64,000 nucleotides of DNA from Nemertoderma westbladi (GCA_032718475.1 JAUCBJ010009048.1:129019-193018); one strand, 5' to 3'; counted from the first letter of the stretch, positions 52,118 to 64,000 are shown. Notes: generated by a model from the letters alone, not told the origin. Translations and numbers: made by a program.

Positions 52118-53023
52118 AACCTGTACTTAACCCTATTAGTACCGGGCTATAAAATGCTGTACAAATACCGGGGGGGGGGGGGGGGGTCATATTGACCCCT
52201 CCCTCTAAAATCTACAAATATTATCGAAAACGTCTGATTTTTTGTTTGTACGTAGGTATCACTAGTCTGGCTCTGGATCAGACCGAAAAAAAAATTTCGA
52301 AAAAATGTACTGGGGTGGTAATATTGCAGCACCAAAATTACAACTAGTGCACAATTTTCACAAAATGTGAAAGTTACATTTTTCGGCTATTTGTTTTTCA
52401 ATACAGGATTTCTGGGGCGCAAAATATATTGGAAAATATTTAAAAATGATATGATTACCTTAAATGGCTGTTTAGTCCTCTCTGCGTAGGAAAAAAATGA
52501 AAAAAACAAGTAACCAGCACTTTTCAGTTAGAACACAAAATTTTTACTTCACTTATACGATGCTATAAATTCACATTTTCAGGTTTTCTAGGGCGCTGAT
52601 TCTAATGGAATACATTTCAAATATGCCAGATCATTGCTACTTGTATTTTTCGGCGTAATTTGGCAAATTTTGGTGCTACCACCAAATTCCGTACCCATCA
52701 TCAAAAAGTACAAGTTTGCGATCCCCAGTGCTGTTTTTATTGATTCCATCGTATTCAGGACCCTCATAAACCCGTATAACGCAAGAAACAAGATGATACT
52801 ATCTACTGATCAATTTACTCATTTTCCAAAATTTGGTGCTGGCACAACAATTTTCACCCACCGGCGAAAAATACAAGTTTGAAAACTCTTATGAAATTTG
52901 TTCTGAATCCATTGAATTCAGAACCCTAACAAACCGGTATAACGTAAGAAACAAGGTGACACAATCAATTGATATATTTGAGGTTATTTATATATTGTAC
53001 ATGGTGTAATATTGAGGTTATAG

Positions 53024-53531
53024 TTGGGTCGCTAAAGGTAGAAGTTCTGTTGGCAGCGTCTTGGAGTAGGCCTACAGATGCAACGAAGGTTACATAATGT
53101 CTGGGAAATCCGAAATAAAATGTATATCTAACTGGAGTCCTAAAGATATATGGGGGCAGTGGTTACCTGGACTCCCACAATGCCATCTGCCGTTGCCGCC
53201 CCCGGGGTCAACAAAAACGTCCGAATTATCTGGAGATACAAATTCAATGTTTCTTTACATCGGTTTGGGAGTTTTGGGTTTTGTGTTGTCGGTGTCGCGA
53301 TTTTCGTTCTAGTAATGGTGCGTCGAAGAGCCAGTGATGGTGACACTAAGCAGACAGACAGTAGCATCGAAGGTTCCGCAGAGAACTCTAAGTATATATC
53401 GTACGATACAGACGGTAACATTCGCGATGGGAGTCTCAACACTGGCTACATGAGAAGTCCAGGGAAATAGTCCAGAGAAATCCTCCCAGTGCCACCGACT
53501 GTAGGGAACATGAGAGGAACATCATTAGAAG
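53024..53531 (+). pseudogene. Disabled exon of a Sushi/CCP-domain single-pass membrane protein
   Basis: GSVLE*AYRCNEGYIMSGKSEIKC..GQWLPGLPQC (CCP half), then a TM segment split by a frameshift near 53288, basic RRR, and an in-frame stop at 53468. Plausible AG/GT borders. Confidence 0.65.
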
Positions 53532-54649
53532 GTTTGTTAAAAATCGTATAATTAATATTAATCTAAATCTTATAAATCTTAAATCGTTAAGGTATTACAT
53601 TATATATATATTACACCCCCCTATGGACATTTTTTGCAAATGGCTATAATTTACGCTTGTTTGTAGTTTTGTATATTTTATACCTTTCGGGGGATTAACA
53701 TTTGGCCAAAGATTGCGTTCAAATAAAAAATTTTCAAATTTGCGTCGCCATCGGCGTCTCTAGCGGCCATCAGCGAAATTGTTAATTTCACTACAAACAC
53801 TACTAGTCTCACAATTTTGGGCGAAAATTTTCGAAACTTGGTTTTTTTGAATCAGCATCCTCGGCTCCACAATTATTAATTTAATTTTAATTTTTAATTT
53901 TATTTTTTTAATTAATTATTATTTAATAGATATTAACTAATTTCAAGAAATTACTATGGCACAATTCGAAATTATAACCGATAACTTTTGATCAAAACCG
54001 GAAAATAAATCAAACAATAAAAAAATTTCGAAAATTGGTTACGAAATGGCCGAGTATAAGTAGTATTTTGAATGTGAAAAATACAATTCCGAGATAAAAC
54101 GCATTTAAAGTTTAAGAACAATATATTTCAAATGTTCCCGCCGCTATTTTCACATATTGGTATCTCCTTTTCTTTTCCCAATGATTATCCCCTATCCATT
54201 TTGTAATTTCTCAATGGATTTCATGAAATTTGGTTCAAATAAACCCCTACCGACTTTTAAGAACCTGTTAAAATAATTTTAGAGTGCTTGTCAAAAAACA
54301 TTTCGCGCAGCACGTGAACAAATTTCATTTTGGCGTATTAATTTGATCGCATACTATTTCGTCATTTAGTAATAAATAGTCATGGAATAATGAGACAACC
54401 TTAAGAAACATTCAAAACTATATAAAAATTTCCACATAATTTTATAATAAGCCTTTACACAGAACATTAAGCTTTGCGCAGCACGTGAATCCTTCGCGCA
54501 GCACTTGAGACACTCGCCCAGAACGTGAATTATTCTCAGAGCCTGTGGAATTTCAAAAAAAATAAGTTTATGGTTGTTTCCCATAATTATTATTACCAGC
54601 TATTGTTATATGATGGTTCACATTTCTTATTACTAGTAGACAACTATTC

Positions 54650-56181
54650 CATTAGACAACTGTTCAATATGTAATACAAAACTCACAACTATATATTAAA
54701 TATATATTAATTACAATTAGCACTTCAGTCAATGGATGAAGACCAATCCACCGATTCAATATACCAGAATATAATAACAGCCCAAAAGGAATCAGCTAAG
54801 AGGCATATTCCCCAGAATCCCAAAAGAAAACAGTATGCGCCATGGCAAAACTCTGAGGTTACTTGTAAGAGAGAAGATCTTAAGATAGCCTACAAGCCTT
54901 AAAGTTAAAACCGAACAACCAACAACCGAAAACATTAACAAGGTTGAGAAAGCTAAGGACGATCTTAAATTGGCCTACAACATCAGCCAGGAAAAGTACA
55001 TTCAGGATACTACTACTAGGATCGGCATGCTGCATTGCAGCTGCATTTTTAAGAATGCTGTGCCGGCTTATCGACAAAGTTGCACCGCCACAACTCCGTA
55101 TCACCCATGACATTTGCTAGATCATCCGCATCTTCAAGGCCAGTGTCCTTTAAGATGCGTCTCAAGAAAGTCATGGGCTGTCCGCCATGTTTATTCACTC
55201 CATGAGGCTGCCAAAGTACAAGATTATGCACTGGCTGGTCCTCACGGCGAAAGCAATGTCCTGCAAAGCGGAGGCGATTTTGTTCTAGTGTCAAGCTTGG
55301 GGGAACCAATGAGAAACCTCCAATGTTATACAAACATACAGGATAAAATTGAAGCAATTACAACTGCTCACAGACAGCAACAATCAAGACTTACCTTGCA
55401 AACTGTAAATGAGGTATCTGGTCGGAAAAGTTGTGCAAAGGGGCGCCTCAAAGCCGATAGTCCTGAAGAACGTGTTGGACTGTGGAAAAATCACTTCAGC
55501 AACTTGCTTGGGCAGCCACCAAACATCGAGGTCAGCCCTACAAGGAAAATATATGACAAGACACTACCTATAGAAACTAAAATTAAAAGCATGTCCAATA
55601 ATAAAGCGAGTCGATTAGATGAAATCCGAGCGGAGGTATGGAAATCAGGAGTGCTAAACAGACCATTATTGAATGTTTGCAACCGGATGTTAAAAGGGGA
55701 AAAGCCACCACCAATTTGGACTAAAGGTCAACTAAAGCCTATCCCCAAGAAAGGAGACCTCGGTATACCAACAAACTATCGTTTAAATTGGAAAGAAGTC
55801 GAAATGATGCCGTTCGTGGAGAATCCATAATTATAACTACCAACAAACTATCGTGGGATCTGTCTGCTTGTGGTAGCTGCCAAAATATACATTAAAATGA
55901 TTCTATATAGGATTAGGCCTTACATAGAGAAACTACTGCGTAAGAGCCAAAACGGATTTCGACTAAGTAGATCAACAATAGCTCAGATACTTGCACTACG
56001 GAGACTGATTGAAGGAATTAAGTCAAAGAATCTCCCCGCAGTCATGACTTTTGTGGACTTCAAGAAGGCATTCGACTCCGTCCATAGAGGCAAAATGCTT
56101 AAAATCCTAAGAGCTTATGGAATACCAGAAGTAATTGTTGCTGGCATTGGATTGTTATATTGTGACACAGAAGCGCAGGTA
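54650..56181 (+). mobile_element. RTE-like LINE fragment (linker and RT N-terminal half), truncated at the Tc1-like element
   Basis: WKNHFSNLLG, NNKASRLDEIRAEVWK, PIPKKGDL..TNYRGI, LRKSQNGFR, FVDFKKAFDSVHR, AYGIP. Confidence 0.88.
55010..55333 (-). mobile_element. 5'-truncated RTE-like insertion nested antisense in the older LINE
   Basis: Flanked by ACATTCAGGATA / ACATACAGGATA (12-bp TSD, 1 mismatch), with a (TAG)n tail. The host frame KYIQD resumes as IQDKIEAI. Confidence 0.75.
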
Positions 56182-58271
56182 CAGTCCCAATCCCAATAAA
56201 CATTAACTTGGTCGTTTTGGCGGCCAAAATGACCAAAATCACCAAAAAAATGTAGTGTATTCCTATGGGCTACTTGGTCGTTTTGGCGAAGCGATTTAAC
56301 TCGAATCAGCTCAATCCAGACAGTCTGTCTCCTTGGCCATCCATTTGGTGGATCTGACTAAATGTCGGCTCGCTTTCATTTTTATTATTGACAGATTGTT
56401 AACTTACCCGGCGCTGAGCCTTGCAGTACTGGAGTCTGCCCACTGAGGCATTGATAGAGTACAAAGTCTTATAAAAGGAGTTAAATGGGGCTTCGTTAAA
56501 GGTGGAGTATGTATAATAATCTGAACGCCCCGAAATTAATTTATGGACGTTCCAAAATTAATTTATGGACGTCCCGAAATTAATCTATCGACCAATCAGA
56601 ATCGTAATGAAATAACTAATTAATGGACGTCCATAAATTAATTTCGGGATGTTAATTTCGGAAATTAATTTCAATAATATTTTTTTTTATAATAAAATTT
56701 TTTTTTAATATTTTTTTTACAATGTTATAATTCGCGGGCACTGCGGGGTGAGTACAAAACAAAGACCCAATTATAAAGACCTGCATAATCTTGTTACATG
56801 TGTTAACTTTCGTTAATTGTTTTGAATCCCCCGTCACGCCTCTGTAACTTGCTCCTTTACTAACCTGCTCCTTTAAATAGCAATGGCACCTAACGCTCAT
56901 GTGGGACCTGTACAAAACAAAGAGGTAAAGTCGCGTACGTCCCAAAGACCGTTAGGTTCCAAAGAGCTTTAGGTCCCATTGCCAGAGAGCGTGAGGTCAC
57001 ATTGCCATTTAAAGGAGCAGGTTAGTAAAGAAGCAGGTTACAGAGGCGTTGTTGGGGAACCAAAACAATAAACGAAAGTTAACACATGTGTTTTGTATTT
57101 GTACAGGTCTTTATTATTTGGGTCGTTGGTCTTTGTTTTGTAGTCACCCGACACTGCGGTGTTGCGTGGGGGCCACCAATCCACCCACCCACACTCAACT
57201 CCCAACTTCCTGGACACTAGGATACTGAGTGAAAGCGTCTGAAACTACTACAGGAACTCCATGACAGACTATGGGCTAGCGATTAGGGACTGGCGCCCTT
57301 GAACATGTAAACTGTAGGGGCCTAGTACCTACTTTACACCTACCTTAAAGTGACCTGTGGGACCAGCCCATTATTAGTGAGGTCGGCATTTCTCTTTATC
57401 CTGCCGCTCTCTTTGTATTACAATAGCATACAGCTAACCAATGGCAATGGTCTCCTCCCAGTGCGGGAAAGACAAGCTGGCTACCATTGGAATGAATAGG
57501 GGAAGGATAATAGGGTGTGTTCGTGTTCCCATCCTAATGTCTGTCGTCTTGGCTCAGCTAAGCTTAAACAGAGCCACAGCCTTACAATAGAGCTTTACCT
57601 AAATACACTTCCAGTGAGCCAAGCAGTAGTGGCGGGTTAGCTCCAAAATGCCCATGTAGGATTTCTTAGTAAAAGGACCATCAATAATAGTCAACCCCAT
57701 CTGCTTCAATTTGAAGAAAATAATTAGATAATAATACTCATAATTAAAACTATTACATAATTATTATAACTCTAGTAAACAAAACAATATATCATTCGGG
57801 GGATGGAATATATAGGTCATCTAATTAATTGTTTAAAGATTAGCAAACAATACAGTGTAATTGAATTGATCAAATCCATAAATAAAACGTGGATACAAAA
57901 TAAAAATCGGGATGCAAAATATAAATTTCTGAGCTAAGAAAGGGAAATTGGATACTGTACAACTTGTCTGGATACAAGCGGTCCGTTTACCTTACAAAAT
58001 GAAAAATAAACGTGCGAAATATAAAACTGTACGGAACTGTCCGGGGGGGGGGGGGGGGGGGGGGTTGGGGAGGGAATGTCCGGAAATCGAAGCCTTTTTT
58101 ATCTGCCAACATCCTGGGCTTTACTTACACTCAGCCTCTATTCACTGGCTGTGATTGACAAGCCAACTTGCCTCAGAAGTTCCTTTCATGAATGCCGCAA
58201 TTTATATTTGGCCATTTTGGTCGTTTTGGCCGCCAAAATGACCAAGTTAATGTTTATTGGGATTGGGACTG
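56182..58271. mobile_element. Non-autonomous Tc1/mariner/pogo-like element, 2090 bp
   Basis: ~57-bp TIRs starting CAGTCCCAATCCCAATAAACATTAACTTGGTC; TA on both sides; no transposase ORF. Confidence 0.85.
56746..57149. mobile_element. Fold-back Mutator-like MITE nested in the Tc1-like element
   Basis: ~155-bp imperfect inverted arms; 9-bp TSD GGCACTGCG / GACACTGCG. Confidence 0.75.
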
Positions 58272-59829
58272 TAGTTGGATTAACATGTGTCCTGCACGGG
58301 TTAGTGTAGCTGATGAGCCAAATCCCGGCGAAACACATATGCAAAAATGTAACCAATGTGATAATTTTACTTACAGTATTTAAACAGGGTTGCGCTTTGT
58401 GTCCCTGCTTAAATAAAACGATGACTACTTACGGTTGAACAGATAGGAACATGTTGTTTCTCTGTTTCCAAATAATTTTACTTGCTTGATATTGGTCTGT
58501 CAAAAACATAATTCGTTCAACTCAAAATTATATTTAAGAGACCGGATCATGCTGAACATGGTTGTATAAAATGCCTTCCTATTATTTTATTTTTATTATA
58601 ATTAGCAACCATGCACTAGACAAATTATCTCATATAGTGTTGCTAAGGAAATGATTGCTTATTTGATCTGGAATGCAATACTATTTTGTTTATTATGTAT
58701 GTGTGTGTGTTTAGCTGGGTTTTGGTGTAGTTAGTTGGATTAACATGTGTCCTGCACGGGTTAGTGTAGCTGATGAGCCAAATCCCGGCGAAACACATAT
58801 GCAAAAATGTAACCAATGTGATAATTTTACTTACAGTATTTAAACAGGGTTGCGCTTTGTGTCCCTGCTTAAATAAAACGATGACTACTTACGGTTGAAC
58901 AGATAGGAACATGTTGTTTCTCTGTTTCCAAATAATTTTACTTGCTTGATATTGGTCTGTCAAAAACATAATTCGTTCAACTCAAAATTATATTTAAGAG
59001 ACCGGATCATGCTGAACATGGTTGTATAAAATGCCTTCCTATTATTTTATTTTTATTATAATTAGCAACCATGCACTAGACAAATTATCTCATATAGTGT
59101 TGCTAAGGAAATGATTGCTTATTTGATCTGGAATGCAATACTATTTTGTTTATTATGTATGTGTGTGTGTTTAGCTGGGTTTTGGTGTAGTTAGTTGGAT
59201 TAACATGTGTCCTGCACGGGTTAGTGTAGCTGATGAGCCAAATCCCGGCGAAACACATATGCAAAAATGTAACCAATGTGATAATTTTACTTACAGTATT
59301 TAAACAGGGTTGCGCTTTGTGTCCCTGCTTAAATAAAACGATGACTACTTACGGTTGAACAGATAGGAACATGTTGTTTCTCTGTTTCCAAATAATTTTA
59401 CTTGCTTGATATTGGTCTGTCAAAAACATAATTCGTTCAACTCAAAATTATATTTAAGAGACCGGATCATGCTGAACATGGTTGTATAAAATGCCTTCCT
59501 ATTATTTTATTTTTATTATAATTAGCAACCATGCACTAGACAAATTATCTCATATAGTGTTGCTAAGGAAATGATTGCTTATTTGATCTGGAATGCAATA
59601 CTATTTTGTTTATTATGTATGTGTGTGTGTTTAGCTGGGTTTTGGTGTAGTTAGTTGGATTAACATGTGTCCTGCACGGGTTAGTGTAGCTGATGAGCCA
59701 AATCCCGGCGAAACACATATGCAAAAATGTAACCAATGTGATAATTTTACTTACAGTATTTAAACAGGGTTGCGCTTTGTGTCCCTGCTTAAATAAAACG
59801 ATGACTACTTACGGTTGAACAGATAGGAA
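58272..59829. repeat. 460-bp tandem repeat, about 3.4 apparently identical copies
   Basis: GTTGGATTAACATGTGTCC occurs at 58274, 58734, 59194 and 59654. Confidence 0.95.
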
Positions 59830-59954
59830 TATAGAATTATATTCCCTAAATGCCGTGGATTTTCAAAATTTTATTTTATTCGAATTAACTTTGTAAAGAT
59901 TGCTTTGAGTTCTCATTAGTATTGGTTCTATCTATTGTGCATCTATCGGTCAAG

Positions 59955-60042
59955 TGGTTCAGTAGCTCAGTTGGTAGAGCGTTGGAAATTATATGTGTAG
60001 TAGGTATCGAGTTCGAATCCTAGTAAGTGCGAATTATTTTTT
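59955..60042 (+). other. tRNA-derived Pol III A/B-box module inside the putative LTR
   Basis: TAGCTCAGTTGG (59963-59974), AGTTCGAATCC (60010-60020), T6 at 60037-60042; stems are degenerate. Confidence 0.7.
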
Positions 60043-60099
60043 GTGCAGAATTTCAACTCATTTAAATTAACCGCTACAAATTAATTGCATTTGTCTGTA

Positions 60100-60247
60100 C
60101 CAATAAGGCTGTAGTTATTTGATTGTAACCAATGTCGTGCAAGTTATATATTAGCTGGACCAATAAGCTATCTTTAAAACCTTGTTAGAACCCATAGAAC
60201 AATCGAGAATTTTCTCGATTGATTGCAGCACAAATTTAGTATATAAA
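60100..60247 (+). promoter_or_regulatory. Pol II promoter of the right element: 3 CCAAT boxes, heat-shock element, TATA
   Basis: CCAAT at 60100, 60129 and 60160; AGAAC-AATCG-AGAAT-TTTCT with a perfect CnnGAAnnTTCnnG at 60204-60217; TATATAAA at 60240-60247. Confidence 0.7.
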
Positions 60248-62556
60248 GGTGCGATTCGTTCATTAGTTATCTCAATCTTATATCCCAATCTTTCTCAGAT
60301 TACCTTATCAATATTCTGTCGTGCTTAGTTTATTCTCAGATTACATTGTATTATAATTGTGTCTTCTGTAATAAAGTCAGAATATTCTCTCAGCTTTTCT
60401 GTTTTACTATGAATTCACTACGGTGAACAAACTCAGGGACAGGATGGCCGGCTAGAGATCGGGCCGCAGCAATGAACGGGAACATCACGGGAATGTAGAC
60501 GAGAGACAACCCGCAATACCATTTTAGAGTTATTCGCCCATCGCCTGAAAGGTTAGACAGCGTTCGATCCTTGCTACCTAAGTATAAGACCAAAAGATCA
60601 AGAGGTAGACGTAGTGACACGCTGCAAGCCTAAAATTACATCATAGGGACTGTACTGTCTTGATTCAGGAAAACCCACAGTAGACCTTCACATTCCTACG
60701 GGGGAGGGAGAGAGAGCAGATACTAGTACGCAGATAGGACGTAGGCACACCGGTACAAGGCATACACATTGGTTAGGGTGCAGCAAACTGTACGCTTAAC
60801 TCTTGCTAAGTACAGGTGTGTGTGCGACTATTTGCAGTACGACGGTGTCTATTACATCAGAACTTGTAGGCTAGGGGGGTTGCTGTGTTTTCACCTGAAT
60901 TGGGATTGTACCGTTCAGGCGGTAGGGCAGTTTACGCTAGGCGCAAATAAATTGAGGCTATCAGGGATATACTAACATCTACCGTGTCCCCGCCAACGCC
61001 CTAATAGGAAGTTACCCGGACTACCTGGGTGACTAAAATTCTAGATAGGAGCCAGGATAGCTATTAGTACCCGTACGCCTACAGTAGTAAACTAACACAT
61101 CTCTTCTTAGTATCAGGGACCTGGTACCTAAAATTGCCGAATTCTGGGCGTAGTATTAACCTTATGCCTGAATTTGAGTCCTGGAAATACGCAAGAGGGG
61201 AAGGAACCTTATCATTCGTGAGTATTGGACCTACAAGTTATAAAATTAGAATATTCGTAAAATGCACACCGTACCCAGTAATTATATATGTGAAGGAGCA
61301 AAACTGTTTTGACCGTTCAGAATTAACACACGCGCGTTAGAAATTATTTACACCTCGAAATATATAAAATTAACTTTGTCCGTACTGTGCTTTGCCCGCT
61401 AGTTAGACATCTCCAAATATCTGCTCTGTACCTAGCTAGCGTCCCTTTGCCCAACCATATAAATCACACCGCGGCAAAGTATACGAGCCCCTTAGTCCGT
61501 CAGTGAGTCAGCCTGATTTTAGGATTCGCTGCGCGGGATTTGTTTTATCGAAGTTTGTCTGCTCGTAGACTGTTTTCTGCCTCACCGGTTATAAGAGATC
61601 GATACTGCAATATATTCGCTTACTTAGGGTTTACTGTTTTGGTGAGAAGGTCGGATTTATGATTTGATTTACAAACTTTACAGTAGGATATTGCAGGTAT
61701 TGTTACCGTCTCTTCCGATAGTAGGAATAGGCGTATCTCTTCCAATTAGTAGGAATGTGTTTTACTGAACTACGGTTCGGTAGGACTAAAGTTATTTGAA
61801 AATTTTGTATTTTGAGGTAAAAATTTGTATTTGATTAGCTAAGTGCTAATTTTTTGAAATAAAATTTGATTTGAACCGCGTGTAAAATATTTTTGGAATT
61901 GAATACCGGTGTTTAAAAGGGTTTAAATACCATATTGTACCGGTACAAAATTTTCGTAAAGTAAAACCTAACTCTTTTGTTTTTCAGGATTCAGAACTCA
62001 TTTCTAGACTGTAACGGGAGCAAGACCGTGTTTAGCAAGTTTGGGAGATAGATAACTCAACAACTTTGGTTGGGAAAATCGCGTTTCGTCCGCAACGTTA
62101 AAAACGGAAAGGTTCACGTCCGGTTTGTATCTGGGAATCTGTTTTTCTGGAGAATTATTGGAGTGGGTGAGTTCGAAAAGTTGCATAAATAAGTTAGGCA
62201 TTACCGTATTAGTTAAAATTATTGTGGGTTCCACTGTCTCAAGTATTTATGCATTCCGTATGATTTCTTTGTTCATTGCTGAATTAGTCCGTATTATTGT
62301 ATTTAATTTACCTTTTGATAACGCATATCGTTATCCGATTTATTTGTTATAAAATTGGCCGCTAGGCTAATTTTATTATATACTTATTCCGTGACATTTA
62401 TTTGCTGTAAAATTGGCCGTTTAGGCTAATTTTATCCATCTGCTATAAAATCGGCCGGTAGGCTAATTTTATATGACTGTAATTAGTACCGTTTAGATAT
62501 AAATACGGTAAACTCGATACTTTGACACTCACTTTACTTGACTTACAACTACCGAA

Positions 62557-63926
62557 ATGAGTGACAAACAAGACTATACGAAGAACACACAAACCGACTA
62601 TGACTCATGTGACGCGGATAAGTCAGCAGCGGGAGAACCACAGGGGAAGACTCGCGAGCCTACCGAACCTACACCGTGTGCGTCACCAGTACACCCAACG
62701 GGAGTACCGGATGCCGTAGTACGAGGCGACGGCAGGACCGAGGACTTTCTAACTGTTCCGCAACCTAGATACAGGGAAACGGAAATGGTAAGTTCAGCAG
62801 GAAGTACAGAAAGTGTGGTTAGAAGCGTCGGAGGTTACATGGCGCATATTACCAGGAGTATTGGAGAAGGCCAACGCATATTAGACGGGTTGACCGCTCC
62901 GATGTCTCGATTCGAGTTCTACACCCTCCAGGTTAGAGTACAGAGTAAAGTATATAAGTCCGTAGATAATCTAGTTGGCCTACAAGATCTAGCTAGACAG
63001 AGACAGGACATGGATACTCAACTTAGAATCCTCGAGAAACTAATGATCACTAGAGAGAAACTGATTCAGTTTAAGTCGACGATTAGACAGATACAACAGG
63101 AACAAGCGGACCAGTTGTTAGGTGAGTCAGTTTCGGACGAATTATTACAACCCGAGGAAGAACAGGAACTGTACCGACTGGATGGACAATTGAAACACCT
63201 GACGGACCACTTACGTATGTGCGGCGAAGACGTCGGCGATTGGGAAACCGTGCCGGAATATACGAGGGAAACTTCACCCGTACGAATCGAATCGGCACCG
63301 GGAATACTGGACCAGTCGTCTGGTGAGTATTCGTAGCGAAATCTGCGAGGGAAGTATAGGCTACGTCAGAAGTTGCTCGACAACAGCAAGAATTCCACCG
63401 ACAACGACAAGAAATGGAAGAACAAGCTCAACTTCTAGTGATGCAGGCAGCAGTAGAGGAAGAGAAGCTACGCGTTGCGAATATAGCAAGAATCTCTCAT
63501 CTACAGGAACAAGCTGAATTAGAAGCAGCTGAAGTAGAAAGGTTAGAAATAGACATTGCCCGACAAGCGGCAGCGGCAGCGGCCGAGGTAGAGCGACGAG
63601 CGGCAGCGGCCGAATTAGAGCGACAAAACACAGCGGCCGAGTTGGAGCGACAAGCGGCAGCGGCCGAGTTGGAGCGACAAACGGCAGCGGCAGAATTACA
63701 ACGAGAAAGGTTAGTTTCGGAGGCGCGGGCCGAAATGAAAACACGGCAAATAAAGGCTCAATCCGCTATACGACAAGCGGAGTTTGAGGCGCAACGACAA
63801 CAAACGGAACAACGAGAGAAGACAGCTAAACTTCATTTCGAACTCGAGAAGAAGGCGAGAGAATTAGCGAACGCCGAGGAAGACCTGGATCAACAAGGCC
63901 CGCGATCGATCGATGAGATCTCGTGA
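62557..63926 (+). pseudogene. Gag-like coiled-coil ORF with frameshifts near 63320 and 63360
   Basis: ORFs 62557-63336, 63323 (VSIRSE) and 63414-63926 align in order with the single open frame of the left copy. Confidence 0.75.
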
Positions 63927-64000
63927 CGGACATGATTTGGACCAGTTGGAGGTAAGACATCGCCAAATTCAGGAACGGAAGAAGGAAGGAAGCGTAGGAG

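Larger units (their letters stand above)
59830..64000 (+). mobile_element. Probable LTR retrotransposon, 5' part, same family as 1-4216; runs off the window end
   Basis: Interrupts the 460-bp array at 59830. Promoter, AATAAA (60370), leader and gag-like ORF are homologous to the left copy. Confidence 0.65.

Noticed and set aside
59955-60030. Functional tRNA gene (also 4095-4168, 20595-20662, 23640-23698)
   Set aside because: A/B boxes are present, but acceptor and anticodon stems do not pair convincingly.
61520-61528. TAGGATTCG as a binding site for the element's own tRNA-like RNA (CGAATCCTA)
   Set aside because: Only 9 nt, mismatched in the left copy and far from the LTR end; compatible with chance.
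1-64000. The two terminal retroelements as inverted ends of one giant composite element
   Set aside because: They are substantially diverged and face outward, which fits independent insertions better.

Overview
AT-rich, repeat-dense animal (metazoan) genomic DNA with one 100-N assembly gap (20019-20118). It holds two intact, convergent spliced genes: TRIM23/ARD1 (+, 3 coding exons, 8010-23163, about 597 aa) and FGFRL1 (-, 3 coding exons, 42085-39180, 512 aa). There is also a disabled Sushi/CCP + transmembrane exon near 53.0-53.5 kb. Each window end holds the 5' part of a diverged copy of one probable LTR-retrotransposon family, both facing outward. The two copies share an unusual promoter layout: tRNA-like A/B boxes, three CCAAT boxes, a heat-shock element, TATA, then a ~2-kb leader and a coiled-coil gag-like ORF. 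Other mobile DNA includes a complete Merlin (IS1595-like) transposon with 8-bp TSD, a non-autonomous Helitron, several MITEs and RTE/CRE LINE remnants. Large tandem arrays are a 33-bp array built from the TRIM23 splice donor, a 36-bp hairpin array with higher-order repeats, and 25-, 42-, 146- and 460-bp arrays. All coordinates were read by eye and no database searches were run.
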